A stretch of 57,090 nt of DNA, counting the filler, from Circinaria calcarea (Eukaryota), in the NCBI GenBank assembly GCA_051942165.1. It is 5 parts of 5 records of this genome, joined end to end, with 100 filler letters (N's around TTAATTAATTAA, not from the genome) between each part and the next. Parts side by side here need not be neighbours in the genome. Positions count along the whole stretch, not along the records: positions 45,791 to 57,090 come from JAVECS010000692.1; 4 more parts are not named here. One strand, 5' to 3'. Below, in pieces: positions 50,853 to 57,090 of the stretch (within the stretch, counting starts at the first letter, position 1; the number at the start of each line of letters is the position of its first letter). The notes under the pieces were generated by a model, which ran no database searches, was not told where the DNA came from, and saw nothing but the letters and a program-made list of their open reading frames with translations. The position numbers were made by a program, and so were the translations under genes.

Positions 50853-52897
50853 GATCGTCTGATGGTTGTGAATGTTCACCAGACTCCCGAGTGTTATCGG
50901 TCAGCCGACCACGTGGGGGGTTTGCGACCAGCGTGTGATCAGGCCCGTAGGAGGACTATATCCAATCTCTCGAATACGGTGCCCCTCAAGAGTGGTCCTG
51001 TTTCAATGGTTTTGAGGCAGAATGTATGCGACGGGGAGTAGAAGCTCCTGGAATACCCAGGGCCGGTAGGTAAGCGATCTAAAGCTCAGTCAGCTCACCC
51101 ACGATGCGAAAGAATGTAGTTATCGGTCACTCGTACTGATATGGTAAGCTGTAGTTGTACACTCCGTTAAGAGAGAAGCACCTCGACAAAAGCAATTCTC
51201 AACAGTATGTAGATCATCGATGAGTACAACGTTGGTACATTGGCTGCTCTGCCCGGCCGGTGGTGCTGATGCTGATGCTGATGGTACCTTGTACCCCTCC
51301 TTTTTCCGTTTTCCCTTATCTGGAGAATCCTTATCCAGTAGCTCCGGACCCCAACCCTGCTGTTGCTTTTTTTGCCTAGAGAGGAAATCTGCGATCATAC
51401 GAGACGGAAGAATATTGTTTGAGGAGAAATGGACGGCTTCGGAGTAGACGGTATTCACAGCTTGGGAGGTATTTTGGGGGGGATGATTTGATTGGCGAGC
51501 TACTCGGTACTGGCCTTCCATCTTCGGGATTGTGCTCTAGAGCAGCTCGACCCCCGGCAGCAGTGCCACCCGCCTGTGCCCTGCGTCAGCTCGGAAAAAA
51601 GACGCTGCATATATCAAAGCGATACTCATTACTCCGTACTGTACTCCCTTCGCTTGCGCTCTCGTGGCTGAATGGGAATGCGGCCAGATGTGTCTAGAAC
51701 CTGAGTGGATATTCTGAGCATTTTCGGTCCCTCGTCCCTACCATTCGTGACCAACGATAATTGGTCTCCCTCGGCCGGACGGTAATATCGATCGCCATGG
51801 AGTACCAAAAGGGGTCCGGTGGGGCTGAGTGCCACCCCACATACTGAAAGTACTTTGTATTTCCCTGACAGAAATAACCCCTTGCATGCTCTGGGGAAAA
51901 GAACTGTGCAGATTCCAAGGCCCTGCGTTGCCACCTAATTCACAAAGTTCTCTCTTACTGGCTGAACGGTATCGGCTCATGAGCACTCAGCCACCTCCCA
52001 CCAACCCGAGATGTCTCCACGCCGATTGTAGGTTTTCTGCGGCAGAACCAAGGGAACCTATAATAAATATACATACACCTGGTATATTCGAATATCTCTA
52101 TCCTAGGTATATCCTCGTCTTGAATTCTCTGAGAAAAAGTTGAAGGAGAAACGAGGCGAGTGAGCAGAAGTCGTTGCCGAAAATAACAATACAGTACTGG
52201 AGGATCCCCTCCTCACATAGGAATCATAGCTCGCCGAACAAACCTATAGAATATGGTCGTATAGAAGTCCTGTTCAAAAACACTCGTTGTAGAGGTAGTA
52301 AGAATGAAGCATCCTTGGTAGGTACACCGGTCTCTCTCTTCCATCGGCAAACGACTTTTGCAAACCCCGGGCTCGAAATTTAAGTATCGATTTAGACTCC
52401 CAGTGAACCCTAACTATCACGAACCCTAAATGAACGATAAAACCCATGATATTACTCCTTTTCCATACTCTCAAGATCTGCTGTTGGACTTCGTGCCTGG
52501 GACACTATTGTGAAATTTTTCGATAGGTGGCACCGCATGGCAAGCGCTAAAGCATTATAATAGCAGACGTGAGGCTGCTTGGTGTTCAACTCACTGGCCG
52601 TGGACTATCATCTATTGTTTAAGTCAACGACGGCAAACAAAGCATCATTATTGTGAGATTCAAGAATCAACAGCATATGACTCGTTGAATATATATTGTC
52701 GAAATCAAACTAGCCATACGATAATGCCTATGCTTCGGAGGATTCGAGTTGTGTAACCATTGTTGATGGCTACCTCAATCCGAAAACTCCTCTTACCAAT
52801 TCGTCAAGGTATCGCTGATATCTTGACGCCTTTGCCAACATTGTAGTTGCCTACAAGCCATAACCCAGTAGCCCTTTTCAATGCAGCATATACCTGA

Positions 52898-53781
52898 CTA
52901 CATCTCGAAGAAGCCCCCGTCACTCAGTCCATCGTCTTCATCCGCCATGGCTTGCTCATCATGCTTCGTTCTGGCTCCACCGCGACTATTATCATGACTT
53001 TCTTTATCTTTTTTGACTGCCCGAGGTTCCTGTTTCGCTGGCGGCTTCTCTCGTAATACTTCTGCTCTCCGCCAGATTCTTCCATCTCTTAGTTCTTCTA
53101 GCGTCCCTTCCGTCATGGAAATTTCTACTATATTCCACAAGGGTGGTCTCTTTCTACCGGGTTTTCCTTCTTCCTTTTCATCACCATTCCTTCTCTCGCC
53201 ATCTACCTCCCCAGACCCCTTTTTGTCCGTTCGTGCGTAGAGACTTTGATACTTCTCTGTAAGCGGATGGTAGATAGTGTAATTCAGATCAACCTCAGTA
53301 TCGTGAATGGCAGCCGAGAGTGACGTTCGCTCCGGGGAAGAAGGCGAAAGGGCTGAAGCCTGTTTCTGAAGTTTCTTGAGCGCACGTGTAGCCTTCTGTC
53401 TTTCTAAAGGCCTCGTCAATAAGTGAAGCAAGAGGTATCCGGGAGGGCTCACATACCAAAGAAACGTACCATATGGTACTTCCCAATCATATCCTTCCTC
53501 CGCTTTTCCTCGGCTCTTTTCTCGAGATCAGCTTTGTAACCTGCCAGGGCCCGCTCCTTCTCGATGCGTACATCTGCTGGTAGAGTCCGCGATCGCTCCA
53601 GGAGCCGAGATAGGTCACGAATCTTTCCTTTTAGTACACTCACCGATGCGGGCTTCGAACGTGGTGAGGCTTGAAGGTAAGAGTTAGGTCGTGACCGTTT
53701 GGCAGGTTGAACTTGGGACAGGTGCACATTTTGTTGTCGGGAAGGATGAACGTCATCTTCATACGGACGCTTGACACCCAT
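52898..53781 (-). CDS. EFG1: rRNA-processing protein Efg1
   Basis: KIRDLSRLL..LPADVRIEKERAL; KYHMVRFF|ERQKATRALKKL (intron 53456-53404); VDLNYTIYHPLTEKYQSLY; C-terminal DGGFFE. Confidence 0.9.
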
Positions 53782-54108
53782 TTAGATATTAAGCTCAAAT
53801 TTCAGCATCGAGTAGATTAGCTCGAGAGTTCGGTCAACCGCTGTCTACCACAGTGTTCCGAATTGCTAGTGGGATGAATCACGTGCCCACTCATCTCTCC
53901 GCTTCTATTCGTCCCATGCAGCAGTATGGAAGAAAATCCATCCGCTTCCAGTTGCCCTGCAATTGTATCAATTCGAGGCGGATTTACCATTTCCAATTGC
54001 ATCTTGGCCAACATGTCGCTTCCTCGAGTCCACAATGTTCTGGCATGACAACTTAATGCTTGATGCCAATGAAACCTCTTTGCAGGTGCATGGCCACCAG
54101 AAACTCCG

Positions 54109-57090
54109 ATGGAGACAGCGATTCGCTGGTCCCCAGGCTCCACCGACAGCAAACAGCGATTTCTAATTGTTGATGTCGTAGGCAAATCTCTAAAGTTATG
54201 CAATGTTATAGAGTACAAGAACAGGTCTCTAGATTGGGAAGAAATTTCGAGGAGCAACAAATTGCCCGCATTTCGTGCTTTCGACTGGTCCCCGGCGAAT
54301 GAGGATCTGGTTGCTGTTGGGCAGTGGTCTGGAGAAACCACGTTGTTTTCCCTGAACAATCGCTTGCAGCCACTGTCAATTCCAATAAGATCACAGCGGC
54401 AGTGTAATGCGGTGGCCTTCAACAAGACAAGTCTGTTGGCTACAGGCCTTGAGCGTGTTAGGAACGATTTCTGCCTGAATGTCTTTGACATCCAACACGG
54501 CCTTAATAGTCACTCGCAATCTGGCTCCGGCAAACAAGGAGTCGAGCCGATACGAAAGCTAGCCACCTCCGAAGGCATCACGAGCATCAAGTTCTTCCCG
54601 AGCCAGCAAGACCTTCTGGTAGCCGGAGTCAAAGGGACTTGTGTCAGGCTCTATGACCTTCGTGAAAACATTGGTAATCATATCTTGCAGTACCCCACCA
54701 CATGTGTGCATAATTTAGCAGTAGACCCTACCGACGAGAACTACTTCGTTTCCGCTGGACCGCCAAGGGAGACGGCAGTTCATGTATGGGACAGGAGGTC
54801 AGCACCTAGTAATACCGCAGCATCTCTGGGATCGGGAACGGCAGTTAACCCGCAAGACGGACCTGTTCTCGAGCTGAAGAGCCCCTTTTCGGATAGCGGC
54901 CGATCAAATCCAGCCAACCTATGGAGCCTGCGGTACTGCAGTACCGAAAGTGGCTGTCTCGGTGTACTGACCAGCAGTGGACAATTTCGGATCATTCGGA
55001 CCAAGCAGGGCTTCTGCTCTCAGCATCATGTATCCGGAGCCGACGACCATGCTGCAAGCGAGATCTTCAGTCCGGCTATCCCCCAATTGTACGTCAGCCA
55101 TGAATACGACGTCGAGCCTCCATTCTCTCACAGCCAGCATCATCGTGGAGAGCTCAGCCAGATTGTTTCTTTTGACTTTACCAACCTGCATACTTCCCTG
55201 ACTGGCAGACCTTGTGCTATCTTCTTACGTGGCTCTCAAGAGGTCGGCACATATGAACTGCAGGGACGACCACCAGCCCTCGCAGTCTCTGTCCGGAATG
55301 AAGTAGCTGTCACTGACACCCACCCCGATGTGATGCCCCCAGACTACCATCAAGGTATGGTTAACGGAATGACCATCATGGGGCCAGATCATGCAGGAAC
55401 GGCCCAGGAGCAATCCGAGGGTCGTGAGGATGACTCGAACCACCATGTGGTCCGTCACGGAGAAGACGATCAATATAGTCAGACTGCTATGCCCGCTTCG
55501 TCCACGGATGTCCAAGGTAAGTTCAGCTTGGGCAGACGGATGGTACTAAATGACATCCCCCGCCGTCGATGTGCTGCAGGCTACCTGTTCGATTGCAACT
55601 TGAACATGAAGATCGACAGTGATTCATTCACCCAAGCAATGTGGGCGTGGATTAGAAGTATGTGATTTTGGTCTTAAGGCCAATACGGAAGTTGACAGGT
55701 CTCTAGATGCGAAAAAGCTCGCGAGAGAGGGTGGCATGTGCTCGGAGAAGCTGGACTTTAGCTATTTAGGCATTTATGACTTGTGGATTGAGCGCTTGGG
55801 TATGCAATCACTTCTAATATTCTTTTTGTCTTCTCCTCACCCGATTTAGGTCAAGATATAGAGACGAGAACTCTATCGAAGACAGGCGTCCAGTGCACTG
55901 TATCCGACGCTATTAAAAAGCTTGCTGAGGGCATACCACTCGGTGAATCCAGTCCACAAGATACCTCAAAACCGAAGCATCGACAACTTTGTCTGCACAC
56001 TTGCAGTCTGGCCTTGTATGACGAGGAGAAGTTGGTAGCCCGAGTAAACCAGCTTTCTCGAGGTGGAAATTTAACAGAGGGTGCGTTCTTAGCTCTGCTA
56101 TATGGCAACAAAAAGCTTGCGTTTGATGCCTTGTGTGCCGATGGCCATACAGAAGCCCATAGGACCCTCTCCGTCATGATCATGTCCGGTAATAGCGGGC
56201 ACGTTGAGAAGTGGCTACACACGGCAGTCGAAGGAATGATGAAGGACGAGACCGATCCATTCTATCGAAGCATACTCAGTATAGTCGATGGCAAGGGTTG
56301 GGAAGATGTACTCGAAGAGGGAAATTTACCTTTACGGTACAATGTTGGAGTTGCCTTGATGAAGATGAATGACAAGGAGCTTACCAATTTTATCATCAAC
56401 CAAACTGAAATAGCAGTCGCAAAAGGTCTGCAGGAAGGCGTTTTACTGACCGGCCTCGGGGAGAAGGCCATGGATCTCTTCCAGAACTACATGAACAGAA
56501 CCGAAGACCTTCAAACTGCCGTCCTGGCCATGTCTCATACCGCCCCACTCTACCTTCGCGATCCGCGCTTCCTCGCCTGGAGGGAAGAGTATCGTCTGCT
56601 CATGAACTCATGGAAGATGTTCCGGGAACGAGTCACATTCGACGTCCAGTCGACGAAAATGGCAATCACCTGGGACGGCACCAAACTCCTCCAACCTATG
56701 CCTCGTCAGTTCACCCTCCGATGCAACAACTGCGACCAAGCCCTTCACCGCGACAAGCTACCAAGTAACCCACCTACCTCGGCAGGCAACTCTAGAACTC
56801 ATGCAGGGAGTATCTTTCCCGACGCCAAGTCAGGCATCGCATGCCCTCGATGCGGCGCACATCTACCCCGGTGCGAGATCTGTGATCATTGGATTGGGGT
56901 GCCAGATCCTCACACCCGTGGGGCGGAAGCGGATGCTACCAAAAGGGATCGATTTGCCGATGGGCTCTCTGTGTGTTTTACTTGTCGACACATGTGCCAC
57001 GCTGGCCATGCAGACCAGTGGTTCAAGCAGCATGCGGAATGTCCTAATCAGGGTTGCAATTGTCGATGTAGGGAATTGGATAATGCAGGG
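54109..57090 (+). CDS. SEA4: SEACAT/GATOR2 subunit Sea4/Mio (WD40 + C-terminal zinc/RING); stop codon beyond the window end
   Basis: METAIRWSP; RQCNAVAFN..LATGLERVRNDFCLNVFD; GVLLTGL; DLQTAVL; C-terminal CPRCGAHLPRCEIC..CFTCRHMCHAGHADQWFKQHAECPNQGCNCRC; introns near 55659-55705 and 55800-55850. Confidence 0.92.

Noticed and set aside
53817..54491. 224-aa antisense ORF
   Set aside because: Overlaps SEA4 on the opposite strand and has no motifs

Overview
Eukaryotic, intron-containing filamentous ascomycete (Pezizomycotina-type) DNA. The window is five unlinked ~11.3 kb contigs joined by artificial 100-nt spacers (44 N + TTAATTAATTAA + 44 N), so adjacency across spacers means nothing. Most genes are housekeeping or conserved: a DnaJ protein, a USP-domain protein, an FLC/TRP-like channel, HAS1, MIR1, mitochondrial MetRS, serine dehydratase, RAM2, a Pth11-like protein, a CFEM protein, CYP51, glycogenin, an F-box/LRR protein, EFG1 and SEA4/MIOS. 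The standout is a 472-aa secreted polyprotein (8377-9795) with pheromone-style processing signals (RR and LxxR sites followed by DA/EA/EP dipeptides). It would release a family of Tyr-flanked (Lys-Ser-X)n cationic peptides whose composition resembles diatom silaffins/cingulins. Also notable: an ~8 kb island of decayed genes including a Upf1-like helicase relic, a six-Cys CFEM gene divergent from a CFEM-less Pth11-like gene, and a probable GC-AG intron in CYP51. All assignments come from motif recognition by eye; no database searches were run.
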